64,000 nt of DNA, from contig CAWHOE010000064.1 of the NCBI GenBank assembly GCA_963830915.1, forward strand, positions 193,541 to 257,540, in the 5' to 3' direction. Position numbers and translations under genes: made by a program. This DNA is from a candidate division FCPU426 bacterium. GTDB lineage: Bacteria; Oederibacteriota; Muellerivitia; Muellerivitales; Muellerivitaceae. The notes beneath the pieces were generated by a model that was not told the origin of the DNA, ran no database searches, and saw only the letters and a program-made list of their open reading frames with translations. Shown here piece after piece: positions 41,628-50,752 of the stretch (positions are counted from its first letter, which is position 1; each line of letters opens with the position of its first letter).

Positions 41628-42812
41628 ATGGGATTCGATGGAAGCCCCGAAAACGACAAACAAATCGAACGGGCGGTAAACGCCTTATCAAAAAGTCCGT
41701 CAAAGTTTCAGATCATTGATATTGTTAGAAGTTTCGCCATATTAGCCGTCGTGGGCTTCCATGCGGGATTAGGCACGCTCACCATTAAAAACCAATTACT
41801 TCACTTCGTTTTTTTCAAGGCGTTCAACGGGGTCTATGGTGTCTATATGTTTTTTGTGGTTTCTGGTTTTCTTATCTCGCGATTGATCGGTTCTAATCCC
41901 AACGGTCTTTTCGATCCTGATTTTCGGCAATTCTATATCCGGCGGATAGGGCGCATACTTCCCTTGTTGATGCTGATCTGCGCGATCGGGATGATATCCC
42001 TATTTTTCATTCAGGCGCCGGCCTTTTCACCCGATGAATTCTTTAAAATACCCCATTCTCCTTTTAATCCTTATTTTTGGATATCCATCGCCACTTTTTG
42101 GTTCAATTGGTATTCCATTTCTTTTATTCATGAGCCGGGCACCTTTTGGGCGGTGCTTTGGTCGTTATCGGTTGAGGAGCAATTCTATTTTTTCTACCCA
42201 TTTGCCCTGAAACTGCTCCGCAATGATCTCAACCTCAAGATCTTCCTGGGTATTTTCATCCTATTGGGACCTTTGAGTCAGTGGATCGGTTACACCTTTT
42301 TCCGAGCTAATAATGTTATCGAGCACAATTCATTCAGTGGCTTTGGATTGATCGCGACCGGTGCCCTTCTTTACCTAGTGACAGAAAAACATCGGTCTTT
42401 TTTTCTTCAACATAAAAAAATGTGCGTTTATTTGTGTGTCGTAGGCGCCTTTGGGATGATCAAAATATATCTTCATCGATCTTATATATCCGACATTTGG
42501 GGAAATACATTCGATCCCATGTTGTTTGGGTTCGGCCTTTTCTTCTTCCTGCTAGGCGCCCTTCACTTGGATTGGTTCGAATCCGACCGCTGGAAATTTA
42601 TCGCTCTTAACGGAAAGTTTAGTTACGGCATTTACCTTTACCACACGATGGTTATTTGTTTGGTTTACCCGTTCATTTCTTCCCTGAACGTGTTCCTATA
42701 TTTTAGCTTCATAGTGGTCTTAGTCTTTATCGTAGGGTTGATTTCTTATAGGTATTTTGAGGTTCCGATGAACCTCTTGATCAGAAAATGGTTGGGTATA
42801 GGGGAAAAATAA
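41628..42812 (+). CDS. Acyltransferase-3 (OafA-like) O-acyltransferase
   Basis: DIVRSFAI, FFVVSGFLI, FYIRRIGRILP, WSLSVEEQFY, SYGIYLYH. Confidence 0.9.
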   Translation: MGFDGSPENDKQIERAVNALSKSPSKFQIIDIVRSFAILAVVGFHAGLGTLTIKNQLLHFVFFKAFNGVYGVYMFFVVSGFLISRLIGSNPNGLFDPDFRQFYIRRIGRILPLLMLICAIGMISLFFIQAPAFSPDEFFKIPHSPFNPYFWISIATFWFNWYSISFIHEPGTFWAVLWSLSVEEQFYFFYPFALKLLRNDLNLKIFLGIFILLGPLSQWIGYTFFRANNVIEHNSFSGFGLIATGALLYLVTEKHRSFFLQHKKMCVYLCVVGAFGMIKIYLHRSYISDIWGNTFDPMLFGFGLFFFLLGALHLDWFESDRWKFIALNGKFSYGIYLYHTMVICLVYPFISSLNVFLYFSFIVVLVFIVGLISYRYFEVPMNLLIRKWLGIGEK

Positions 42813-42848
42813 TATAGGGGTCCTGACCTAATTCATACGGAAAAAGAA

Positions 42849-43865
42849 GGGGTCAGGCCTACATTTTACACTTTAGAAGACGTTTGGCGAAGGCATCGTC
42901 CGACGACGCCTTGGCCTTGATCCTGGACCATTGATTCCCAACCGCCGAAAAACCCACACCTATCCTTCTCCCAATTTCTTTTAAGCTCAAGCCCGATTCT
43001 TTCCTCAACCAGTAGATAGCCACGTCCCTGGCTTCCCGTCCCCTTCTTCCGGCCTTAAGTATCTCCTCTGGCTTTTCCCCATAAACCTTCCCCACCTTCT
43101 CAAGAACCTTTTCCGGGGCTATCTTGACTACATGTTGTTGGTACTTCGGCACGTCCAAGTTCCTGTGTTTCCGTCCCACGTCATGCACATGGTTTAAGAA
43201 CTCTTCTTTCCCCAGGTAAACCCGGGAATATAGCTCTTCCCACGGCGATTCCTTTTTCCCGACCCCTTCCGCCACAAAACTCCTATAACTTTTCTGCGCT
43301 TGCGGAACATTCTTCCCAAACTGCCCCAATAGCCAATCGATCTCCAACCACGATTCTTTTTTATCCAATCCCGCGGTGGCTCGGTAACTGCTCCACTTCC
43401 AATCCCCTGGTCCTTTCACCATCTTGGCCCTGACCGGATTCAACACCACATATCGGCACAATTCCGTTAAATAGCTCTCTTTCTCAACGACTATCGCCTT
43501 GAACCGGCCTTGGAACAAATGGCCCACACGATGATGTTTCTTATTGAACCGCTGGGTGTAAAGGCTATTGAGGTGTTTCATCGCCAAAGAGAGGTTGGCG
43601 GATGGGGTTTCCAACAGAAGGTGGTAATGGTTGTCCATCAGTACCCAAGCATGGCAAACCACCGCATTTTCCTCGACCATCTCCCCCAATATCTTGAGGA
43701 ACAAACGCCGATCCGCGTCATCCGTGACGATCTTTCGTCTTTCATTCCCTCGGGATGTGACGTGATACACAGCGCCTTCATAATGGATTCTTCTGGGTCG
43801 GGGCATGCCAATATATTAATTTATTAAGTCACTTCTCGTAAAGTGTAATATGTAGGCCTGACCCC
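42849..43865 (-). mobile_element. TIR-flanked HUH/Y1 transposase element, copy 1 (1017 bp)
   Basis: Left TIR GGGGTCAGGCCTACATTTTACACTTTA (42849-42875) and right TIR TAAAGTGTAATATGTAGGCCTGACCCC (43839-43865) are 26/27 inverted matches; no target-site duplication. Confidence 0.9.
42859..43806 (-). CDS. RAYT-like Y1 HUH transposase with C-terminal DnaA_C-like HTH
   Basis: YHVTSRGN, LMDNHYHLL (HUH), GHLFQGRF, YVVLNPVRA (catalytic Tyr), WSSY; tail REARDVAIY..SLKEIG. Confidence 0.92.
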   Translation of the reverse strand: MPRPRRIHYEGAVYHVTSRGNERRKIVTDDADRRLFLKILGEMVEENAVVCHAWVLMDNHYHLLLETPSANLSLAMKHLNSLYTQRFNKKHHRVGHLFQGRFKAIVVEKESYLTELCRYVVLNPVRAKMVKGPGDWKWSSYRATAGLDKKESWLEIDWLLGQFGKNVPQAQKSYRSFVAEGVGKKESPWEELYSRVYLGKEEFLNHVHDVGRKHRNLDVPKYQQHVVKIAPEKVLEKVGKVYGEKPEEILKAGRRGREARDVAIYWLRKESGLSLKEIGRRIGVGFSAVGNQWSRIKAKASSDDAFAKRLLKCKM

Positions 43866-43878
43866 TTTGATACTTTTC

Positions 43879-43954
43879 CTTCTGGGTCGGGGCATGCCAA
43901 TATATTAATTTATTAAGTCACTTCTCGTAAAGTGTAATATGTAGGCCTGACCCC
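43879..43954 (-). repeat. Tandem partial re-copy (76 bp) of the right end of element copy 1
   Basis: Identical to 43790-43865, including the copy-1-specific variant TTATTAAGTC. Confidence 0.9.
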
Positions 43955-44048
43955 TTTGATACGACGTTGAAATTTCATCAGACATTACAGACTTTGGGGA
44001 CGACGAAATCAGCAAGGATTAGGAACGGAAGAAAAGGAAAACACGAAA

Positions 44049-44588
44049 CTATCTCATCAAGAAAACGTAGCGGGAAAAATTAAGTAAAAAAACAAAAGTC
44101 AAAAAAGGGATTCCAAACAAAAAGGCCAAATCAAAAGCCAACCTTTTAAATGTGAAAGCAACCGCTTTGCCGACTTTGTAAAAAAAGGCCATATAGCACA
44201 AAGCCAGAAGAACAGGTATAGAGAACCCGAGATACGAACTTACTTTTCCACTCCACCCGCCAAAGAAAAAACCAAACACCACCACATAAAGCGAGATCAA
44301 AACAATTAGAGTTATTCTGACTCCCTTTGAAAATTGACTTTCACGCGCCCAAGAACCATTTGCCCTCTGAACCGCCACATGGGAACCAAGCACCGTCACT
44401 CCAAACAATGGGAGTAAATAAGCAAATCCAAAAGCCCAAGCCCGCGAAAAATCCTCTTGTTGCAGTATAGAATTTCCGTTGACCAATTTTTCCCAAACGC
44501 CCTCAAGAATGATTAGGGAAGACAAACCGGCTACCACCCAAGCACCTAAATTCTCATAATTAATTTCCCGGATATTAGTCTTGCTCAC
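44049..44588 (-). CDS. Putative immunity protein (multi-TM) of the 44600 orphan toxin
   Basis: Immediately downstream of the Rhs-CT; GTG 44588 follows GAGGGGG; about 5 TM; AT-rich. Confidence 0.6.
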   Translation of the reverse strand: MSKTNIREINYENLGAWVVAGLSSLIILEGVWEKLVNGNSILQQEDFSRAWAFGFAYLLPLFGVTVLGSHVAVQRANGSWARESQFSKGVRITLIVLISLYVVVFGFFFGGWSGKVSSYLGFSIPVLLALCYMAFFYKVGKAVAFTFKRLAFDLAFLFGIPFLTFVFLLNFSRYVFLMR

Positions 44589-44599
44589 GAAATTCCCCC

Positions 44600-45958
44600 T
44601 CACGGACAATTTGGATTCCCCGTTTGGGGCGTTGGTGGATTGTTGTAAAGTTGGTATCCGTTAGCTATGTCTGCTGCTGCCCGCTGAGTGTTGCCGTTAG
44701 GAGCCAATGGTTCTCCTGGTCTTGGTTTATTGCTAAAGGGATCATACTTTCGAAGATCAGCCGCTATTTCTTGGGCGGTCTCTTCTGAAAAACCCGCCGC
44801 CGCCATGTATATACCATAATTTATATTTCCTAAATCATGGAGTTGGACTTTTTGGTAGAAATAAGGATCGTTAGGATTTCGGTCGGAGTTATAAGGCAAC
44901 ACGTGATTGCCCCAATCATAGGGGCCGCCTCCACCCAACAATCCCAAGAAGAAGAATGGATTTATTCCCCCGCCCATACTTCCAGGAAGATCAACAGGGT
45001 AATTCGGAATAGGCGGCCACGTCCCGCCTCCACCATTACCGCAAAGACCAAAGAGGTCTACTTGTTCAAGAGGCGCGTTATCCACATAGGCGTATAAATT
45101 TGGTCCCGTGCCTTCGCCAACAGGGTCTCTAGTCAGCCATCTTCCTTTTTCGGGGTCATAAGCTCTGAACCAGGTCAAGTCGAGGTCGACCGTTCTTTCC
45201 GTGTAAAAACCTGTGTACCCGAAGTCACTATCCATATCACCCGAAATTTTTACAGAACGCCCGTAGGCGTCAAAATCATAGGAAGCATGAACCGTTCCAC
45301 TCGAATCGGTCATCTCCCTCACACTGCCCAGATGGTCTTTCGCAAAATAATAATTCGTACTGCCAATTCTCTCACCCAAGACAAAAAACTGCTTATTCAC
45401 CGTATGCCCAGTTGCATCCCTCTCCTGGCAAATTTGTGTTCCACACCACACGAAGGTCTTGCTGGTTAATACCGTTGAGCCATGTAATTCCGTAATAGAT
45501 TTCCGCCGCCCTATACCGTCATAGGTCATCTGATAATCTATTTCCTTTTTGGGAACAGGGTATTTCCCCAACCAAACGGAGTATAAACTTAGAATTGCTA
45601 ATACATCTTTTTGCTTTTTTGTCGGTTTAAACCCCACATCGTTTGCCAGTTTGCTCAAATCATGTGTAATTCTTACCTTTGAATCGTCCCCTTCTTTCTT
45701 AACAACACATGCCTTTAGAAGAAGCTCTAACGAAAGGGCCGCTAAAAGTTTATAAACATTAGGTAATGCGGCTTCCAAACGAAACCAAGACCCCAATCCA
45801 ATATATTCACCGTTAATCACTTTGGAGATATTTTTGTCTTTATAAGAATGCCACAAGACTAATGCGCCTGCCCGCAAATCGCTGGCATGATTATACCAAT
45901 ACTGCCCTAATTTTTTAGACCTTTGGAAACGATTTGACAACCAAACGGGCTCTTTCAT
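44600..45958 (-). CDS. Chimeric ORF: HEPN-like N-terminus fused to Rhs core end and C-terminal toxin (Ntox44-like)
   Basis: Residues about 1-140 contain LELLLKA..THDLSKLA; from about 45532 Rhs core (DHLGSVR, RAYDPEKGRWLTRDP, NLYAYV..P...DLFGL at 45044-45058); CT contains DLGNINYG..AAAG. Confidence 0.7.
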   Translation of the reverse strand: MKEPVWLSNRFQRSKKLGQYWYNHASDLRAGALVLWHSYKDKNISKVINGEYIGLGSWFRLEAALPNVYKLLAALSLELLLKACVVKKEGDDSKVRITHDLSKLANDVGFKPTKKQKDVLAILSLYSVWLGKYPVPKKEIDYQMTYDGIGRRKSITELHGSTVLTSKTFVWCGTQICQERDATGHTVNKQFFVLGERIGSTNYYFAKDHLGSVREMTDSSGTVHASYDFDAYGRSVKISGDMDSDFGYTGFYTERTVDLDLTWFRAYDPEKGRWLTRDPVGEGTGPNLYAYVDNAPLEQVDLFGLCGNGGGGTWPPIPNYPVDLPGSMGGGINPFFFLGLLGGGGPYDWGNHVLPYNSDRNPNDPYFYQKVQLHDLGNINYGIYMAAAGFSEETAQEIAADLRKYDPFSNKPRPGEPLAPNGNTQRAAADIANGYQLYNNPPTPQTGNPNCP

Positions 45959-46102
45959 ATTTCTGCCTTAAAAAACAAACCAATTTCTTTCAATATCATC
46001 TACGTCCCTTGGCAAGACATTTCCTTTGGGTTTGAGTGAAATTTCCGTTCTATTTGACTAACATTGTTTCGTTCACAATGTTTCCTGTTTGCCTATACTT
46101 CG

Positions 46103-46327
46103 TTATTTTTTTGTGATGTTTTTATGAATAAATGCCAAAAACAAAGCAAAACACCCAAGTATGAACACTAAAAGCGGGATTCTAAAAAAAAATACAATAT
46201 GAAATTTATTCTCCAATAAATTATTGACCGTTGACGTAAAAAGAATAGGAGCCATAAACAACATTTTCGGAACATCCGAAACATAATCATTAAGCCAAGA
46301 ATATATTTTTTTAACTATTTTTATCAC
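46103..46327 (-). CDS. Small membrane protein, putative immunity to the 46333 toxin tip
   Basis: GTG 46327 just after the upstream stop; 74 aa, 2 hydrophobic segments, AT-rich. Confidence 0.5.
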   Translation of the reverse strand: MIKIVKKIYSWLNDYVSDVPKMLFMAPILFTSTVNNLLENKFHIVFFFRIPLLVFILGCFALFLAFIHKNITKK

Positions 46328-46332
46328 TTCAA

Positions 46333-46707
46333 TTAACTCCCAATCACACAAGGATCTGTCAGAACAGGAACAACATTTTTTTGCCAATCTTCCCATAATA
46401 AAGCAACACCAATACCAAGCAGGAAAGCCGGCCAAGCAGCCAATCCTGCTTCAGCGAAAAGTACGGCCATTACAAATCCAAAACCATCACCTAATGGATC
46501 AACAGGAAATAACCCTGCCATTTCCCCGGCTAAATTTACCAAACCAGAACCCAGTATACTAGGAAAACCTTTTAGTTTTTGTACTGAATCTAATCCAACG
46601 CCCACAACTGTGTTAGTTGCTAATGTTTGATTATCCGACAATTGGTGATTATTGCCGTTTCCATTACCACTATCACTCCCACTTCCAGTGCCAGGATTAC
46701 CAGTATC
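46333..46707 (-). pseudogene. Orphan toxin tip (CT only, no Rhs core), hydrophobic and possibly pore-forming
   Basis: Open frame runs from the TIR linker through DTGNPGTGSGSDSGNGNGNN into Gly/Ala-rich hydrophobic helices; no native start or RBS; followed by a small TM gene. Confidence 0.55.
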
Positions 46708-46714
46708 AAAAGAA

Positions 46715-47731
46715 GGGGTCAGGCCTACATTTTACACTTTAGAAGACGTTTGGCGAAGGCATCGTCCGACGACGCCTTGGCCTTGATCCTGGACCATTGA
46801 TTCCCAACCGCCGAAAAACCCACACCTATCCTTCTCCCAATTTCTTTTAAGCTCAAGCCCGATTCTTTCCTCAACCAGTAGATAGCCACGTCCCTGGCTT
46901 CCCGTCCCCTTCTTCCGGCCTTAAGTATCTCCTCTGGCTCTTCCCCATAAACCTTCCCCACCTTCTCAAGAACCTTTTCCGGGGCTATCTTGACCACATG
47001 TTGTTGGTACTTTGGCACGTCCAAATTCCTGTGTTTCCGTCCCACGTCATGCACATGGTTTAAGAACTCTTCTTTCCCCAGGTAAACCCGGGAATATAGC
47101 TCTTCCCACGGAGATTCCTTTTTCCCGACCCCTTCCGCCACAAAACTCCTATAACTTTTCTGCGCTTGCGGAACATTCTTCCCAAACTGCCCCAATAGCC
47201 AATCGATCTCCAACCACGATTCTTTCTTATCCAATCCCGCGGTGGCCCGGTAACTGCTCCACTTCCAATCCCCTGGTCCTTTCACCATCCTGGCCCTGAC
47301 CGGATTCAACACCACATATCGGCACAATTCCGTTAAATAGCTCTCTTTCTCAACGACTATCGCCTTGAACCGGCCTTGGAACAAATGGCCCACACGATGA
47401 TGTTTCTTATTGAACCGCTGGGTGTAAAGGCTATTGAGGTGTTTCATCGCCAAAGAGAGGTTGGCGGATGGGGTTTCCAACAGAAGGTGGTAATGGTTGT
47501 CCATCAATACCCAGGCATGGCAAACCACCGCATTTTCCTCGACCATCTCCCCCAATATCTTGAGGAACAAACGCCGATCCGCGTCATCCGTGACGATCTT
47601 TCGTCTTTCATTCCCTCGGGATGTGACGTGATACACAGCGCCTTCATAATGGATTCTTCTGGGTCGGGGCATGCCAATATATTAATTTATAAAGTCACTT
47701 CTCGTAAAGTGTAATATGTAGGCCTGACCCC
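46715..47731 (-). mobile_element. TIR-flanked HUH/Y1 transposase element, copy 2 (1017 bp)
   Basis: Same TIRs and length as copy 1; few substitutions. Confidence 0.9.
46725..47672 (-). CDS. RAYT-like Y1 HUH transposase, copy 2
   Basis: 315 aa; differs from copy 1 at ARMV/AKMV and GEEP/GEKP. Confidence 0.92.
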   Translation of the reverse strand: MPRPRRIHYEGAVYHVTSRGNERRKIVTDDADRRLFLKILGEMVEENAVVCHAWVLMDNHYHLLLETPSANLSLAMKHLNSLYTQRFNKKHHRVGHLFQGRFKAIVVEKESYLTELCRYVVLNPVRARMVKGPGDWKWSSYRATAGLDKKESWLEIDWLLGQFGKNVPQAQKSYRSFVAEGVGKKESPWEELYSRVYLGKEEFLNHVHDVGRKHRNLDVPKYQQHVVKIAPEKVLEKVGKVYGEEPEEILKAGRRGREARDVAIYWLRKESGLSLKEIGRRIGVGFSAVGNQWSRIKAKASSDDAFAKRLLKCKM

Positions 47732-47739
47732 ATTTATTC

Positions 47740-47939
47740 CGATGATGTTTCTTATTGAACCGCTGGGTGTAAAGGCTATTGAGGTGTTTCGTCATCCGTG
47801 ACGATCTTTCGTCTTTCATTCCCTCGGGATGTGACGTGATACACAGCGCCTTCATAATGGATTCTTCTGGGTCGGGGCATGCCAATATATTAATTTATAA
47901 AGTCACTTCTCGTAAAGTGTAATATGTAGGCCTGACCCC
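47740..47939 (-). repeat. Discontinuous re-copy of element copy 2 (51 bp + 149 bp) ending in a right TIR
   Basis: 47740-47790 = 47395-47445 and 47791-47939 = 47583-47731. Confidence 0.9.
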
Positions 47940-47945
47940 TTTGAT

Positions 47946-48302
47946 ATGGCCGCACGCCAAGGGCTTCGCCGTCAGGAGATCAAATTCCTCATGGCCCATC
48001 TCGCCCGTCTTCCCCAACCCACACAATGTGAAAAAGCCGCACTCGCCCGAGCCGCTAAAGCCGTTAATCCAGTATTCCTTGAAGAAACATTCAACCTCTT
48101 CACACTAGCCACCATTTATCGCTGGTACCGGGAATTGGTAGCTAAAAAACGGGATTACTCCAAACAACGGAAATATCCCGGAAGGCCCAAAATCATTCTG
48201 GAACTTGAGGATTTAATCGTCAAGCTCGCCTTGGAAAACCCCAACGACGGCTACGAAACCATCTCAGGCAGGCTTAAAGTCCTCGGATTGGTAATTTGTT
48301 AA
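47946..48302 (+). pseudogene. N-terminal fragment of an rve integrase/transposase (IS3/IS481-like)
   Basis: TIYRWYRELVAKKRDYS..PGRP..LIVKLALENP..GY..ISGRLKVLG; no DDE core; begins at the TIR linker. Confidence 0.7.
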
Positions 48303-48473
48303 ACTTTTATTTTCGTGCCAAAAATGAGGAAAACTCCTTGCAGGTTCAGCAAAAATACGCAAGTTGAATATTTTTATTCTACGGGTACAACTTCAACAAA
48401 TTTATTCGCTTTAGAAACAATTATTTTGAAAACTTCCCACATGTACTTTGCTTTCCATTTATACAACGGCTTT

Positions 48474-49277
48474 TCATAATTTTGGCGATTTAAGCTTTTC
48501 AAGATATTTATTGGCAGATTCTTGAATCAAAGGGTTTTTATTTTTTTTCGCTTCAATTAAAAAAACATCCGATTTCTCCGACATCATTGCCCACAAAATC
48601 GAAATTAATGAATTAGCTTCTTTTTTATTTCCTAATTTTAGAACTTTCAAAATTTCATCTTTATATTCCACGTTGGATGTTTCAACATACAATGAAACTA
48701 AAGAAATATTACGTTTGTGATTGTGAATATCCTCCAAACTGAGTTTTAAAGTCTCGGTAATTCTTTTGTCCTTAATTCCACACAGGGACTTTGCTATATC
48801 CAATTGAACAAATGGATCTTTTTCTTTTTTCCATCTTTCAATCAGTCTTAGAATTGTCATTTCATTCAAAGGATACGTACGCAAAGCATCTATTGCACCG
48901 ATTCTTTCCCAAGGGTCACTATTTTCTAAACATCCATAAATCAAATCTAAAATCCATGGGGATTGTATTGTTGGCAAAAAAGCTACACTCAAATAATCCA
49001 ATCTGGAATACGAGCAATCATTTTTCAAATAATATTCGACACTCGATTTAAGTAAAAAGGGGAATATTTTAAAAAATTTAACGGCTTCACATTTCTGATC
49101 GTTCGTTATTAAGGCATTAAACTTATCAGTGTTTTCAGTTTCATTTACTGGCAATAAATAGTCTGGTACTTTTTCACTACCTACTTCGATCAATCTAGCA
49201 AACAATACAAAAACCAGTCCCGTAATAACAACAATTACAAAAAGATAATTATAAATATTAGAATATTCCCGATTCAT
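48474..49277 (-). CDS. Putative immunity protein with N-terminal TM and HEAT-like repeats
   Basis: Directly downstream of the orphan Rhs-CT; DPWERIGAIDAL and EKDPFVQLDIAKSL repeats; strongly AT-rich. Confidence 0.6.
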   Translation of the reverse strand: MNREYSNIYNYLFVIVVITGLVFVLFARLIEVGSEKVPDYLLPVNETENTDKFNALITNDQKCEAVKFFKIFPFLLKSSVEYYLKNDCSYSRLDYLSVAFLPTIQSPWILDLIYGCLENSDPWERIGAIDALRTYPLNEMTILRLIERWKKEKDPFVQLDIAKSLCGIKDKRITETLKLSLEDIHNHKRNISLVSLYVETSNVEYKDEILKVLKLGNKKEANSLISILWAMMSEKSDVFLIEAKKNKNPLIQESANKYLEKLKSPKL

Positions 49278-49296
49278 TTAAAATTTTCCTAAATTA

Positions 49297-50745
49297 TTAT
49301 TTTTGAGTAACTGTACATTGAGGCCCAGGTGGCCCAGTTTGTGGAGTATTTTTACCGTTACCACCCCCACCACCAGCATATTGGTTTTGGGCGTTCCTGC
49401 GTTTAACTTCTGGATTAGTTGATGAGAAAGGAGCATCAGGATCATTTGTCATTCCAGCGACTTCTGTAGCTTGTTGATGAACTTCAGTGACTATCGAACC
49501 AGTAGCTGTTCCAATTACCGTAACAGCATCTGTAGGTATTGGATTTCCAACACTTCTTCCTGCACCCCTACTAAATGCCGAAAAGAGCGCATCTAATAAC
49601 AAACTAATATTATTCTGAATCCAAGGCCATATACCTGGTGAATTAGTTTTCGGATTAGTTGTAGGTGTAGCTGTTGGTGTACATTCCAACCCAAAAGGAT
49701 CAATCCACATTAGAGAATTGTTCATTACATATTCGTATAAATTCGGACCGAATCTTTCATTCACCGGATCCCTGTTTAACCACCTACCTTTATTAGCGTC
49801 ATAAGCTCTAAACCATGTCAAATTCAATCCCGTAGCTTTTTCTTGATAAATATCAGTGTAACCAAAATCCGCATTCATATCACCGGATAATTTAGTCTGT
49901 CGCCCGAATATGTCGTAATCATAATTACAATGTGAAATTCCATTCGAATCTGTCATCTCCCTCACATTTCCAATATGATCAAATGTGTAAAAGTAATCCG
50001 AACCATTAATCTGTTCTCCCAACGTAAAAAATTGTTTTGTCACAGCATGACCGGTCATATCTCGTTCCTGACACAACTGCGCCCCACACCACACAAATGT
50101 CTTAGACGCCAATATCGTCGTCCCATGTTGTTCCGTGATACTTACACGCCTCCCAAACCCGTCGTAGGCCATCTGGACGGTATCGGCAACCGTGGGAGGT
50201 TGGGGGTTGATATAGGTTACGCTGATCAACCTGTTTTGGGCATCCCACACATAGTTTTTTGTGCCGTCATTCAACATGTTTCCGTTCTTGTCGTACTGAT
50301 ATGGCACTGTGTTTTGGATGTGGTTTTTGAACGTGTTCACAGTCCCGTCCGACGCTACTTCTGTCACGGTCAGAGGAGTACTTGTCCCTGTGGCGGGCTG
50401 GATGATCGTTTTGTAGTCGTTGTTCGCGTCTTCAGCAACAGCCTGGCCATTGATCGTCACGCTGGCCGCCCGATTGGTGGAACCAATGATCGAAATAGGC
50501 CTATCCGTCTCATTGGTTAATTGGTTTAAGTTGTTCGTACCAAAAGTATGCTGGAAATTCGGTGTTTGTTCCGCCGTTCGGTTCCCTGCCGCGTCATACC
50601 CATAGCTCACGGATTGGTTGGCGGTCATGCCGTCAAAACCGCTCGTTCCACTTGTCAAGGTTACGGCCTGTAGTTCGCTATCAGGGTCGTAACCCATACC
50701 GTAGACCTTGGCATCAGCCGGATTGTTGTCCAACTGCTGGCTCCA
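49297..50745 (-). pseudogene. Orphan Rhs core fragment plus C-terminal toxin, 5'-truncated at the TIR
   Basis: YD repeats (YDPD, YGYDAAGNR, YDKNGNM), core RAYDANKGRWLNRDP, DPFGL at 49687-49701, then a 129-aa CT. Rhs-like coding (WSQQLDNN) runs to 50745, 7 nt from the TIR. Confidence 0.85.
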
Positions 50746-50752
50746 TAAAAAA

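Noticed and set aside
42859..43806. IS200/IS605 element with TnpB/IscB
   Set aside because: No TnpB/IscB ORF; the protein is 315 aa with an HTH tail, and the ends are TIRs rather than subterminal hairpins.
46708..46728. TIR encoding GLTP in frame with the toxin tip, mimicking the DPxGL cleavage site
   Set aside because: An in-frame TAA lies three codons upstream and there is no start codon; probably coincidence.
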